From: a virus
IMG/VR virus record: IMGVR_UViG_3300042469_000981
Reading direction: 5' to 3' (one strand)
DNA: 64,000 nt
The notes below the pieces were generated by a model, which was not told the origin of the DNA, did not search any database, and saw nothing but the letters and a program-made list of their open reading frames with translations. Shown here one piece after another: positions 49,801-59,290 of the stretch. The stretch's first letter is position 1; the number at the start of each line of letters is the position of its first letter. A program made the translations under genes and the position numbers.

Positions 49801-52395
49801 TTAAAATTTAAAGAATTTATTAATGTTACGGTTAAGCACTACAGCACCCCATCCTAAATCTGAATATAATGACTCTAATTTGTTCTTCAAAACTGAATCG
49901 AATAAGCCATCTCGGTCAATATATTTTTCTATAAACTCCATTAGTTCTGGAGGGTCATTATATCCATTAAATCCGACCACATCAATTCTATAGGGATTAT
50001 CTTTTAAGTAAGCAATAAACATTTTATCACCTATTTGAAATGTAGGATATTTTTTATCTAGATTTTTAAATCTTAGAATATCATTATAGTAAATAGCAGC
50101 TTTAGTATTAATAGGACACTTTGAACCTAATTTAGAAAATACCTCACCAGCACGAGGTGGTGCTGCTAAATATTCACTCATTTTCTTTAAGCCTGTAGGT
50201 TTAAGAATTTTTCTCCAATCAATGGTTCTTAATTCAGTTCTAAAATCTAAGATTTGTTTATCAATATCAGTTTTAGGTTTACCAAACATAATTTCATTAA
50301 TAATGTTTTCCCCAAACTTTCTAAATAGGGGTGGAAAATTAGATTTCATCAAATCTAATCCTTTAACATCCAATTCATCTACCGGTACACCTTCTTTATT
50401 AACAATATGTTGGGCGTATCTCCTCTTACCTGCAAAATAACCTCTATCAAGTACAACTTCTTGCTTTAGTTCAAAGTAATGAGTAGCGTCCTTTCCTAAG
50501 TTAAAAGCTGTTTTAGCAAAGTTACCAATAAATTCATTAGCCATTTTTTGTAACTCACTAGCTATAACTAATATTTTATTGATAACATCTTCCCTATTAT
50601 TAAAATCAATATCAGGATGTCTAGCTATTAATAAGTCCTTACATTGAATAAACAATGAGTCTGTATCACTAGTAACAATATAATCTTTATGAATTTCATT
50701 ACCTAATTCTTTATTTAAGTATTCATTCATGTTCCTAATACTTTCTTGTAATAGTCTTTGGCCTGATAAAGTAATAGCTTTACTAATAAATTTATTTCCA
50801 TCTGTGTATCTCCAACCATTTTGAGCAAACACACCATAAACATCATTTAATTTAATTTTATAAGCATGTTGACGTCGGTCATAAAAAGCACCCATAACCG
50901 GATCATTATCTACCTTATATGCTTTTTTCATTAACTTCTTATATTCTTGTCGTTTAGCAAACCAGTCAGCTAAGATTTCACAAACCACACTTGATTTATC
51001 TTTTCTAAACAACACACCAGGAGCAGATACAATTAAATTATTTTTTTCAATAACATCAATAATTTCACTCACTGTTATTTCAGAACGAACTAAAGTTCTA
51101 TTCTTTTTAACTTTTTCAATATAGATAATTTTATCAGGACTCATAGATTTAAGTTCCTGGAGTGACCATTGATTATCGTATTTGTCTTTATTTACAATCC
51201 TACCTACTAGTGTTTCAATACCCATATTAAGAGAGCGGATAATAGAAGGATATAGTGAGGTAAAGTCCAAGTCAATAACCCACTCATATAAACCAGGTGT
51301 AGGATCTTTTAAATAACCACCAGCATATTCTTCTTCTAATGTTCTTAAAGCTGGATTGTAAGTAGTTGGTTTATTAGGTGAGATAATTCCTTTACGTTTT
51401 AAGTAAGTCAAAATAGCTCCCTCATTCAACATAGTTGAATAATAAATAGCCTCATACTCAGTATGACATAAATGACCAATTGTAACTGTTAACTCAATAA
51501 ACTTCATTCTGTTTTCAAGTTCAACAATAATCTCTACATCTCGTAAGTTATAATCAATAAATGTGTGAGGATCTTCTTTAAATAGTTTATCAAGTGAACC
51601 TTGATATTCTATTTTTTCTAACTTAGCATATTTTTTACCTATGTCTCCTAAACGATAAGATGGTTCTTGTTTCATAATATACTTTTTAAATAAAAGCATA
51701 TAATCAAGATGATTAATACCTCCTAAATTAACTGGTTGGTCTGCAAATTGAGGGGTGAATTTAATTTTATTGATAGGAGATAAAGTAGCAGCTATTGTTT
51801 CACCTAATACTTTCTTGATACGATAATATAAATAAGGAATATCAAAGAAACCACTATTCCAACCTGTAATAATAGTAGGATCAAGTTCATACCATTTATC
51901 TAAAAATCCATGTAGTAATTCTTTTTCAGTAGAGTAAGGTATAACTTCTTTATTTTCTTCTTTAACATCCTTAAGTGTTTTATCTTTATCTAAAATCATA
52001 CAATAGTATTTTTTAGAATTATGATCATATAAAGCAACAGCTGTTATTTCACCTTTAGGATCTTTAATATTTTCTTCAGTTAATGCTCCAGCAACAACAC
52101 ACTCAATATCTAAATAAATAATGTTATGAGATTTAGGAGTGTCATCTGTTTCATAATAGTGGTCTACTAAAAAACGAGTTAATTTATCAACATCTTTTTC
52201 ATAGTACTTAGGATCTTTCCAATCATCCATCTTTTTGACTGGTGTTACTTTAGTACCTTCCAATGTTTCAAATTCACCATCAGGGTCTGCTTGATATAAG
52301 GTAGGCCAGTATTTAACTGTTTTAAATCCATCCCATCTATCATCTCGCAAATAATATTGTTTTTCGTCTTTATCGAAATATAGAGCTTGATACAT
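49801..52395 (-). CDS. Family B DNA polymerase
   Basis: Exo DIE, GWNS..FD, YN..D; pol DLDFTSLYPS, KIKLNDVYG, SDTDS, KRRY, KGLD. Confidence 0.97.
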   Translation of the reverse strand: MYQALYFDKDEKQYYLRDDRWDGFKTVKYWPTLYQADPDGEFETLEGTKVTPVKKMDDWKDPKYYEKDVDKLTRFLVDHYYETDDTPKSHNIIYLDIECVVAGALTEENIKDPKGEITAVALYDHNSKKYYCMILDKDKTLKDVKEENKEVIPYSTEKELLHGFLDKWYELDPTIITGWNSGFFDIPYLYYRIKKVLGETIAATLSPINKIKFTPQFADQPVNLGGINHLDYMLLFKKYIMKQEPSYRLGDIGKKYAKLEKIEYQGSLDKLFKEDPHTFIDYNLRDVEIIVELENRMKFIELTVTIGHLCHTEYEAIYYSTMLNEGAILTYLKRKGIISPNKPTTYNPALRTLEEEYAGGYLKDPTPGLYEWVIDLDFTSLYPSIIRSLNMGIETLVGRIVNKDKYDNQWSLQELKSMSPDKIIYIEKVKKNRTLVRSEITVSEIIDVIEKNNLIVSAPGVLFRKDKSSVVCEILADWFAKRQEYKKLMKKAYKVDNDPVMGAFYDRRQHAYKIKLNDVYGVFAQNGWRYTDGNKFISKAITLSGQRLLQESIRNMNEYLNKELGNEIHKDYIVTSDTDSLFIQCKDLLIARHPDIDFNNREDVINKILVIASELQKMANEFIGNFAKTAFNLGKDATHYFELKQEVVLDRGYFAGKRRYAQHIVNKEGVPVDELDVKGLDLMKSNFPPLFRKFGENIINEIMFGKPKTDIDKQILDFRTELRTIDWRKILKPTGLKKMSEYLAAPPRAGEVFSKLGSKCPINTKAAIYYNDILRFKNLDKKYPTFQIGDKMFIAYLKDNPYRIDVVGFNGYNDPPELMEFIEKYIDRDGLFDSVLKNKLESLYSDLGWGAVVLNRNINKFFKF

Positions 52396-52399
52396 ACTA

Positions 52400-52434
52400 T
52401 TAATATAACAAGAAAGGCTTGGTTGCCCAAGCCT
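52400..52434 (-). promoter_or_regulatory. Terminator hairpin fused with a promoter; polymerase ATG 4 nt downstream
   Basis: AGGCTTGG-GCAA-CCAAGCCT-TTCTTG-TTATATTAA-TAGT-ATG. Confidence 0.72.
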
Positions 52435-52455
52435 ATCTTTTCAAAAGTGTTTTAA

Positions 52456-52953
52456 TTATTTTTTATAAGCAGTATTTAATCCTTGCCATTGGCCATCATA
52501 CTGTTCACCTACTTCTTCTACTCTCCAAAAGGCAATTTGAGCAATTCTAGCATCTTTTTCAATAATGATTGAATTATTAACAATCATTGTAGTGTTCATA
52601 ACCTCGCAATGGAAACCTGGATCCCACCAAGGTGATTCAATTTCTGTTCCTGTACGATATAAAGATGAACGGTGAGTAATCTTAGCAGCACAATCATCAG
52701 GCACTTTAATACCTTCATTAAATGTTACTGAGTAAACACCTTTTGATAGCCTCCAACAATCCCTGCCATCAATTTTAATCAATGGTTGTTCATGATAAAA
52801 AGCAGGATCAATATGTGTTTTGTCTTTATAGACTACTGAACCAGCTGTAATCCATTCAATTTTTTGAACAGATAAGTCAATACCGATTTGAGCTCGTTTT
52901 GAAAACTCAGATTCGATAACATAATTTGAAATTTGATTTGAATTTAATAACAT
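52456..52953 (-). CDS. dUTPase/dCTP deaminase family (trimeric)
   Basis: GIDLSV, RSSLYRTG, WDPGF, ARIAQI. Confidence 0.85.
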   Translation of the reverse strand: MLLNSNQISNYVIESEFSKRAQIGIDLSVQKIEWITAGSVVYKDKTHIDPAFYHEQPLIKIDGRDCWRLSKGVYSVTFNEGIKVPDDCAAKITHRSSLYRTGTEIESPWWDPGFHCEVMNTTMIVNNSIIIEKDARIAQIAFWRVEEVGEQYDGQWQGLNTAYKK

Positions 52954-53125
52954 TATTTTTTTAATTTACTTAATATTTTGTCCCAAAACAAGTCTAACTT
53001 GTCTTTTCTTGCTTTACAACCACAATCATTATAGCCCATTTTTTTAGCTATAAATAAAGCAATTCGGTGGCCTTGTCCAAATGTAATTACACGAATTGCT
53101 ATTTCAACAAACCCACCTAGCTTCA

Positions 53126-54806
53126 TTAGATTTGATGTCCTCCGTTATTGATTTTAATACTATCGTCTTCTCCGTAGGTTTGTTCATATAATTCTGTTGC
53201 TACTTCTGCTAAAACATCACCATTTCTATACTTACCCATAACATTTAGTACAAACATTACCATTTCCTTTTTGTGCATTTCTTTGGCTTGTTCTTTAACA
53301 TTTTCTTTTGATTCTTCACTGTAAAATTCTGTTGTTTCAAATTGTTTAATTAGCCACTCCACTGCCGTTTGTTGTTTATTGTTTGTCATTGCTCACCTCC
53401 CTTGTATTCTTATTTTATCACGCATCCATCTAATCCCTGCTTTAAAATTTAATCTTTCTAAAGGATTGTCTAACCATTCAATTTCTTTATCTATCTCCTC
53501 ATCACTTGGTAGTTGGATGGGAATTTGAGATAAAAGTATTTTATCCTCTGAATTATAAGTAAACCTTGCTAAATCTAACATTTTTTTTACTTGTTCTTCT
53601 GTGTATAGTTTCATTGCTCACCTCCTTGTATTTTATTACGCATCCAAGTTGCACCACCTAAGTAAGATACATCGTAAGGATCAAATTCATCAAACTCCAT
53701 ACCATCCAACTCCATCATTTTTTTAATCTCCTCATCACTTGGTAGTTCGATGCATGGCACTAAATTATTTGCAAGGTCGGATAGTTCCATAATACCTTCA
53801 TCTAAAAGGTATCTTGTTAATTGCTTTTCTGTGTATAGTTTCATTGTTCACCTCCTCCGTAGGTTTCGTAGTAGTATTGTTCACCAGTTAGTGGTAGTGT
53901 ACTTTCAGGATAATCAATTCCATGAACTGTTCCTTTGTTGTATGCAGTTTCAATTCTTTCTTTCTCCATTTCTTTGGCTTTTTCAAGTAATTTAATATAC
54001 TGAATCTCAAATTCTTTCAGTGATATTTCCTCATTGTTTAATTTTGTAAGTAAATCCACATAAGATTTTGCTAACCAATCTACTGCCAGTTTATTGTTTG
54101 TCATATTTTCTGTGTTTGTGTAAAGATGAATTATGTTTTTAAGTTTACTTATTTTATTGTTTGTCATTTGTTACCTCCTTCGTAGGTTAATTCAATTACC
54201 TTAAACTCAAGTATACCGACATTGTTATTGCTATTGACAAAATGTTCAATTTCACCCAATGTTGTATTCTGATTACATAACATTGATGGATTTATAACCT
54301 TCCAATCATCTGGGCCAATTTGAATACTTGTCTTAAAAGTTGCTACAAATTGTTTTACTGCCGTTTGTTGTTTATTGTTTTCCATTTACTATTTCAATTA
54401 ATTTTTTAAGACAAGCAAGTTCTGCTTCTTCGTATGGTTGATATTTCATCTCCCATTGTTTAGGGTCTGTATTATAATGACCAATAACAGAAATATCCCA
54501 CCAGGTAGTTTTATTAATTAGTCCTCCAATATAATTGATTTGACATCTAAGATTGTGGTTCTCTCTAAACCATCTAAATGCTTGTGAGAATGTTGGTGCT
54601 CCGAACCATTTTAACCTATCATGTTTTTGAAAAGGTATATAATCTCCTGATGCATCTCTTATATTGTTAAAGTAAAATGATTCAGCATTTTTTCCATCAT
54701 AAAAAGCTAAACAAGGTTCATCAAATCCAAGTTGCTTTAACTCTAAAGCAAGTTCGTAGGGTACAAATTCTTTGTTCATCTCCGTTTGTTGTTTATTGTT
54801 TGTCAT
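53126..54806 (-). repeat. Array of 7 short paralogous/chimeric ORFs joined by shared junction repeats
   Basis: ORFs 53126-53389, 53393-53614, 53611-53844, 53841-54167, 54164-54385 and 54372-54806, plus an internal second MTNNK start at 54104. Repeated ATGACAAACAATAAACAACAAACGG and GGAGGTGAGCAATG. Confidence 0.85.
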
Positions 54807-54825
54807 AACTTTTATTTCTATACCG

Positions 54826-54857
54826 TAAATATACGAACATTATTTCAAAAAGCCAAA
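54826..54857 (-). promoter_or_regulatory. Promoter heading the mini-gene array
   Basis: TTTG-N20-TATATTTA. Confidence 0.7.
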
Positions 54858-54864
54858 TCTGTTT

Positions 54865-55482
54865 TTAAATTTCTTTATATTTCCAAATAAAACCACCTGA
54901 TGATTTTTGTCTTCCTTTACATGTTCCTATTATACCCATTTCTGATTTATAACCTAGATAATCTCTAGCTTCATTTATGCTATCCCATTCTTTAATAGGA
55001 ATACCAGATAAATCACATTGGATAACTGATTTTTTATGGGGGTTAGCATTTTTCATTCTTTGGATTGTATTGAGGGATGTTGATCTTTTTTTAGCTATAC
55101 CTATTTTATCTATGTTTACTTCTGTATAGGTAGGATTAGTTTTAGTTATTAAATGACATAAGTATATTAAATCATTATCATCAATATCTGATTTTATGTG
55201 ATTAATAGCTTTATGGACCCATCTAATATTATCTTTTTCATATCCTTTGGAACTATCAATTCTATCTAAAGAGGCTGTGTTTAAATGGTAATTATAAGAT
55301 ATTGTAGCGTTTACAATATTAATATCTACCTTTGTTAAAGCACATTTTTTGTTTTGTTTTAAAAATAAATCCCATAAGTAATCTATATCTAAATCAAAAC
55401 TTAAACCTCTTTTGATAGCGTTTGATTGTATTTTTTTAAAAAAAGTAATACAAATTTTTTCTGATGATTTTTTTCTAGCCAT
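54865..55482 (-). mobile_element. Free-standing homing endonuclease-like gene (HNH/endonuclease VII-like core plus NUMOD1)
   Basis: KCALT...ASLDRIDSSKGYEKDNIRWV...N..K; VIQCDLSG...EWDSINEA...CKGRQKSSGGFIWKY. Confidence 0.75.
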
Positions 55483-55527
55483 GTTTATGTTCTATGTGTC
55501 TATACATATGCACATAGAAACTAAAAA

Positions 55528-56202
55528 TTAACCCATTTTAATCATCTCTAAAACTTCCATTTTAGCTGTTTTAGTATGATCAGCAAAAACTCCACTTACT
55601 TCACTTGTCATCATAGAAGCACCCTGATGTTTTACACCGCGACATGAGACGCAATTGTGTGTTGCTTTAACCATAACCATTACCCCAACATTTCCTTCAC
55701 AAATTTTGTCAATAGCATTATGAATAGCCATAGTAAGTTGTTCTTGAATAGCACCTCTACGTCCAAAATGATCAACAATGCGGTTTAATTTACTTAAACC
55801 CACCACATTACCTTCAGGACCGGGGATGTAAGCAATGTGAACTACTCCCATAATTGTTTGGTGGTGGTGCGAACATTGACTAATTAAAGGAATATCTTTT
55901 TCTAATACAATTCCTTGATACCCATCACTTGGAAATGAGGTAATGTCACTCATAGCATCGTAACGACCTTTCCACAAATCAAATACATAAGCTTTAGCTA
56001 CACGGCGAGGTGTATCAGCACTGTTAGGATCATTTCTCCAATCACATTGTAAAGCATCTAAAAATTTACCATAAGCTTCTGCTGCCTCATCTACCATTGA
56101 CCACTTTTCTTTCTCAGTAAATGGGAAACCAGGAGCAATACCATTAGCATAACCTTGTTTTACACACTCTAGATCGAGTGTAAATGTTTTATTTTTTTCC
56201 AT
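55528..56202 (-). CDS. folE: GTP cyclohydrolase I
   Basis: DTPRRVAK, SQCSHH, GLSKLNR, QEQLT, H.CVSCRGV. Confidence 0.95.
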   Translation of the reverse strand: MEKNKTFTLDLECVKQGYANGIAPGFPFTEKEKWSMVDEAAEAYGKFLDALQCDWRNDPNSADTPRRVAKAYVFDLWKGRYDAMSDITSFPSDGYQGIVLEKDIPLISQCSHHHQTIMGVVHIAYIPGPEGNVVGLSKLNRIVDHFGRRGAIQEQLTMAIHNAIDKICEGNVGVMVMVKATHNCVSCRGVKHQGASMMTSEVSGVFADHTKTAKMEVLEMIKMG

Positions 56203-56212
56203 AACTTATATT

Positions 56213-56244
56213 GTAATATATTAATCTTCAGGTAAGTGGCCAAG
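56213..56244 (-). promoter_or_regulatory. Promoter upstream of folE
   Basis: CTTG-N20-TATATTAC. Confidence 0.55.
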
Positions 56245-56724
56245 TATATGTGGTAAGTTTCTTTTAGTTCCATCAACTGAATCTAAACCATATCCTACTA
56301 GCCAGTACTCATTTTCTAAATTAAAACCATACATTAGATCAGGATTGTTAACTGTGTGTCTTTTAAACAAAGTTATTGGAGTTATTGATTTTGGATTTGA
56401 TAAATTTAAATGAGTTATTAAAGCATTCATTGTATTACCTGAATCGTAGATATCATCTACAATATAAACATCTCTTCCTTCAATATTAGTTTCAATTGAT
56501 TTAGAAATTTGGATTGTGTTTTGTGTTATACCCTCATAAGATTTAGCACGTATAAAGTCTATATGACAATCACCTACACGCTTCACTAAATCTGTAAAGA
56601 ACATAAACGCCCCATTTAAAACACAAATAAAAACGGGAGGATAATCATGTTGTTTTTTTGTAATATTGTAGGCCAACTCACCTACTTTGTTTTTAATTTC
56701 TTGTTCTGTAAATAAAGTTATCAT
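56221..56724 (-). CDS. hpt: Hypoxanthine/guanine phosphoribosyltransferase
   Basis: ICVLNGAFMFFTDL, RAKSY, VYIVDDIYDSGNT, WLVGYGLD, RNLP. Confidence 0.9.
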   Translation of the reverse strand: MITLFTEQEIKNKVGELAYNITKKQHDYPPVFICVLNGAFMFFTDLVKRVGDCHIDFIRAKSYEGITQNTIQISKSIETNIEGRDVYIVDDIYDSGNTMNALITHLNLSNPKSITPITLFKRHTVNNPDLMYGFNLENEYWLVGYGLDSVDGTKRNLPHILGHLPED

Positions 56725-56960
56725 TTTACTAATTTTTTCAATACATCTTTTACTTCATCAGCACCTTCAAATAAGTGCTTACCATTTTTATCTTCAATAA
56801 CTAAAGTAGGTACCCATTCAATATTAAAAGATTCAGTGATTAAATCTTCTTCATAAGTATTAACCATTTTAATGTTAGTATGTTTACTAAACTCAGTCAT
56901 TATAGGTTTTAATTCGGCACATTTGCCGCATTCATCATTATAGAAAAATGTTATGTTCAT
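56721..56960 (-). CDS. Thioredoxin-like protein
   Basis: CGKC; I..VPTL. Confidence 0.75.
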   Translation of the reverse strand: MNITFFYNDECGKCAELKPIMTEFSKHTNIKMVNTYEEDLITESFNIEWVPTLVIEDKNGKHLFEGADEVKDVLKKLVK

Positions 56961-56971
56961 TATTATAAATA

Positions 56972-57373
56972 TTATAATTTTGATTCGGGGAGTTTAAATA
57001 CACGTTTTACTTGTTCTGAAATAGGTATTGGGGCTCCTTCTTCATCTACTCTAACAAATGTCATATTTGTAGCTAGTAAAATAACCTCATCACCCCTAAA
57101 TACATTATATCCTCTTGCCTCAATATTAAAAGTAGCTGATGTGTTTCCTACTTTAAACATTTCAGCATATATTTTAACAAGTTGTTTTTCTTTAGCAGGT
57201 TTTAAAAATACACACTTATCCATAGCAACAGTAATCATGTTTTGACTTCTACATTTTTCCATTGCATAAGCAGCAACCGCGGCATCTATCCAGCTAAGCA
57301 ATTTGCCGCCAAATAGATTACCGTGGAAACCTAAATCTGATTTTTTAACTGGGTGTGTTGATAGTAAATCCAT
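56972..57373 (-). CDS. Hotdog-fold acyl-CoA thioesterase (YciA-like)
   Basis: HGNLFGGKLLSWID; VTVAMD...F..P; TFVRVDEEG.P.PI. Confidence 0.88.
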   Translation of the reverse strand: MDLLSTHPVKKSDLGFHGNLFGGKLLSWIDAAVAAYAMEKCRSQNMITVAMDKCVFLKPAKEKQLVKIYAEMFKVGNTSATFNIEARGYNVFRGDEVILLATNMTFVRVDEEGAPIPISEQVKRVFKLPESKL

Positions 57374-58164
57374 TATACAGCCCTGCGAGTATCATATGAG
57401 ATTATGTGGTCACGACCAGTCCAATTATATCCCATTTCAAATGCTTTTTCTAAGCTAATAGGATATTGTTTAATCAATTCCTCTCTATTATCACCAGCGG
57501 GCATTAACCAAGTTTTGTTTTTAGGAATATTCATTTCAACCCTAAATGCTTCAATTTCTTGAATGTTTTCTTTAGTACCATCATAAACTGGTTTGTAATG
57601 ATAGTCTGTATGGTAATCTAAAGTTTTACGAATTGCCTCTTTATTCAAACGAAGTTTGTTGTGTTGGTCAATCATTTTCTGATCCACGAGCTTACCCATT
57701 GGAGTGGTAACGTCAAGAGCAGGAACAGAATTACTAAACTTTGGAGATAAAGATACCAACCCAAACGGGTAATCAGTTTCAATAAAATGACTACCTTCTG
57801 TTTCAATGGTTATACATATACCACGCTCATGAGCAAAGTGAGTTAATTCATTACAAAGGTCAGGTTGCATAGTAGGTGAGCCACCAGTTAACATCATTTC
57901 TGTAATTTCAGGATTCTCATCATAAATTTTAATAATGTCATTAAATGTATAAATACCTTTTTCAGGGTGGATACTTGTATACCAACTATCACACCATCCA
58001 CCTGCACCAAACCAACATCTGTGAGTACAACCTGTAGTTCTAATAGCTACTGTTGGTCTACCTTGTCTTGAACCTTCACTCTGAATGCAAGTGTAAACCT
58101 CAAGTACAGGTAATTTTTTATTATAGTCAAGAATACGACCTGGTTTTTTAATTTCTTTTTCCAT
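57373..58164 (-). CDS. queE: 7-carboxy-7-deazaguanine synthase (radical SAM)
   Basis: IQSEG, IRTTGC..RC...WCDS.Y, LTGG.P, ETEG, SLSPK. Confidence 0.92.
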   Translation of the reverse strand: MEKEIKKPGRILDYNKKLPVLEVYTCIQSEGSRQGRPTVAIRTTGCTHRCWFGAGGWCDSWYTSIHPEKGIYTFNDIIKIYDENPEITEMMLTGGSPTMQPDLCNELTHFAHERGICITIETEGSHFIETDYPFGLVSLSPKFSNSVPALDVTTPMGKLVDQKMIDQHNKLRLNKEAIRKTLDYHTDYHYKPVYDGTKENIQEIEAFRVEMNIPKNKTWLMPAGDNREELIKQYPISLEKAFEMGYNWTGRDHIISYDTRRAV

Positions 58165-58166
58165 TA

Positions 58167-58631
58167 TTATCCTTTATAAAATGCTGTGTTTTTTTCATGT
58201 TCCCTAAATTCAACTTGAACTATTTTTACACGCTTATTTGTTTCTTTTTGAATAAATGTGTTTAGCTTGTAATAAAAATATTGAGCAAAACATTCTGCTC
58301 CTGTATTAGGTATTACTCGTAATTGGATTATACCTTCGGCATCCATGTTACGAAAATGAGAAAGATATGGATCATCTTCTGCAATGATTGTAGTATGATC
58401 AAGCATATAATCCATCCATGCTTTAGGATTCATACCGTCGATAGTACCTTGGGAACGCTTCATACCTCCAAAGTCCCATACCCAGTTGCGGTGGTCAAGA
58501 TCGCCTTCAAACCATACTTTTAAACTTACTCCGTAACCATGTAGGAAACGACAATGAGTATCTATAGCTTTCCATTGACGGAATACAGTTGAGTAACCGT
58601 CAAATACTTTTGTTGATCTAAAACTACCCAT
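58167..58631 (-). CDS. queD: 6-carboxytetrahydropterin synthase
   Basis: HCRFLHGY, WVWDFG, LDH, GAE, VEFREHEKN.A. Confidence 0.88.
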   Translation of the reverse strand: MGSFRSTKVFDGYSTVFRQWKAIDTHCRFLHGYGVSLKVWFEGDLDHRNWVWDFGGMKRSQGTIDGMNPKAWMDYMLDHTTIIAEDDPYLSHFRNMDAEGIIQLRVIPNTGAECFAQYFYYKLNTFIQKETNKRVKIVQVEFREHEKNTAFYKG

Positions 58632-58869
58632 TAATAAATTCCATTATTTGTTCAAAACTTTTAACTCCTACAAACCGACGTAATTCTTGTCCATTTTGAG
58701 CTAGTACTACTGTAGGAACACTCATTACATTAGCTGAACGTGCTCTATCTGCTTCATAATCAATGTTAATTTTTTCAACATTAATTTGTTGTCCTACTTT
58801 ATCCATAATAGGACCTAAGGTTCGACATGGTTCACACCATGGTGCGGTAAAATAAAATATCTGTTTCAT
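58624..58869 (-). CDS. Thioredoxin
   Basis: FTAPWCEPC; VMSVPT. Confidence 0.9.
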   Translation of the reverse strand: MKQIFYFTAPWCEPCRTLGPIMDKVGQQINVEKINIDYEADRARSANVMSVPTVVLAQNGQELRRFVGVKSFEQIMEFING

Positions 58870-59290
58870 ACTAATTCTTCTATAATTCCAATAATTTCAC
58901 TAAGGATTAAGATAAAAACTCCTAATCCAATACTATACAACAATGCTCCATACCCAGTCAACCTAACAGCTGATTTAAGAAAGCTAACAATCTGATGTTT
59001 TTTAGGATCAGGATGTTTTTGTTTTTCATTTAAAATTCTATAATGAATTTCATCATTAATAATACTTTCATTTTTCATATAATTTCTTCTTCTTTAACTA
59101 ATTCAGCTCCAAAATTTTCCTCTAGGAGACGAGAGGTATTTTCTTTAAATAATGGTTTGGCTTGAGACCAATCATAAGACCATTGAATAGATCCTTTGAT
59201 TAGTCCCGTAAATACCTCACCATGCTTATTAACCACAACATACATTTGTGGGTACGGTCCTGATTTTCTATACTGTCTTTTCGTAATCAT
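58866..59290 (-). CDS. Two small hypothetical genes (58866-59078 membrane; 59075-59290)
   Basis: Coupled ORFs. Confidence 0.5.

Noticed and set aside
25707-52395. Group I introns or inteins in thyA, polB, clamp loader or GroEL
   Set aside because: The ORFs are continuous, of normal length, and lack intein motifs. The endonuclease genes are free-standing.
53126-54806. Possible CRISPR array or DGR
   Set aside because: The repeats are coding, irregularly spaced (about 60-450 nt) and non-palindromic. No Cas operon or reverse transcriptase is present, and no adenine-specific template/variable pair was seen.
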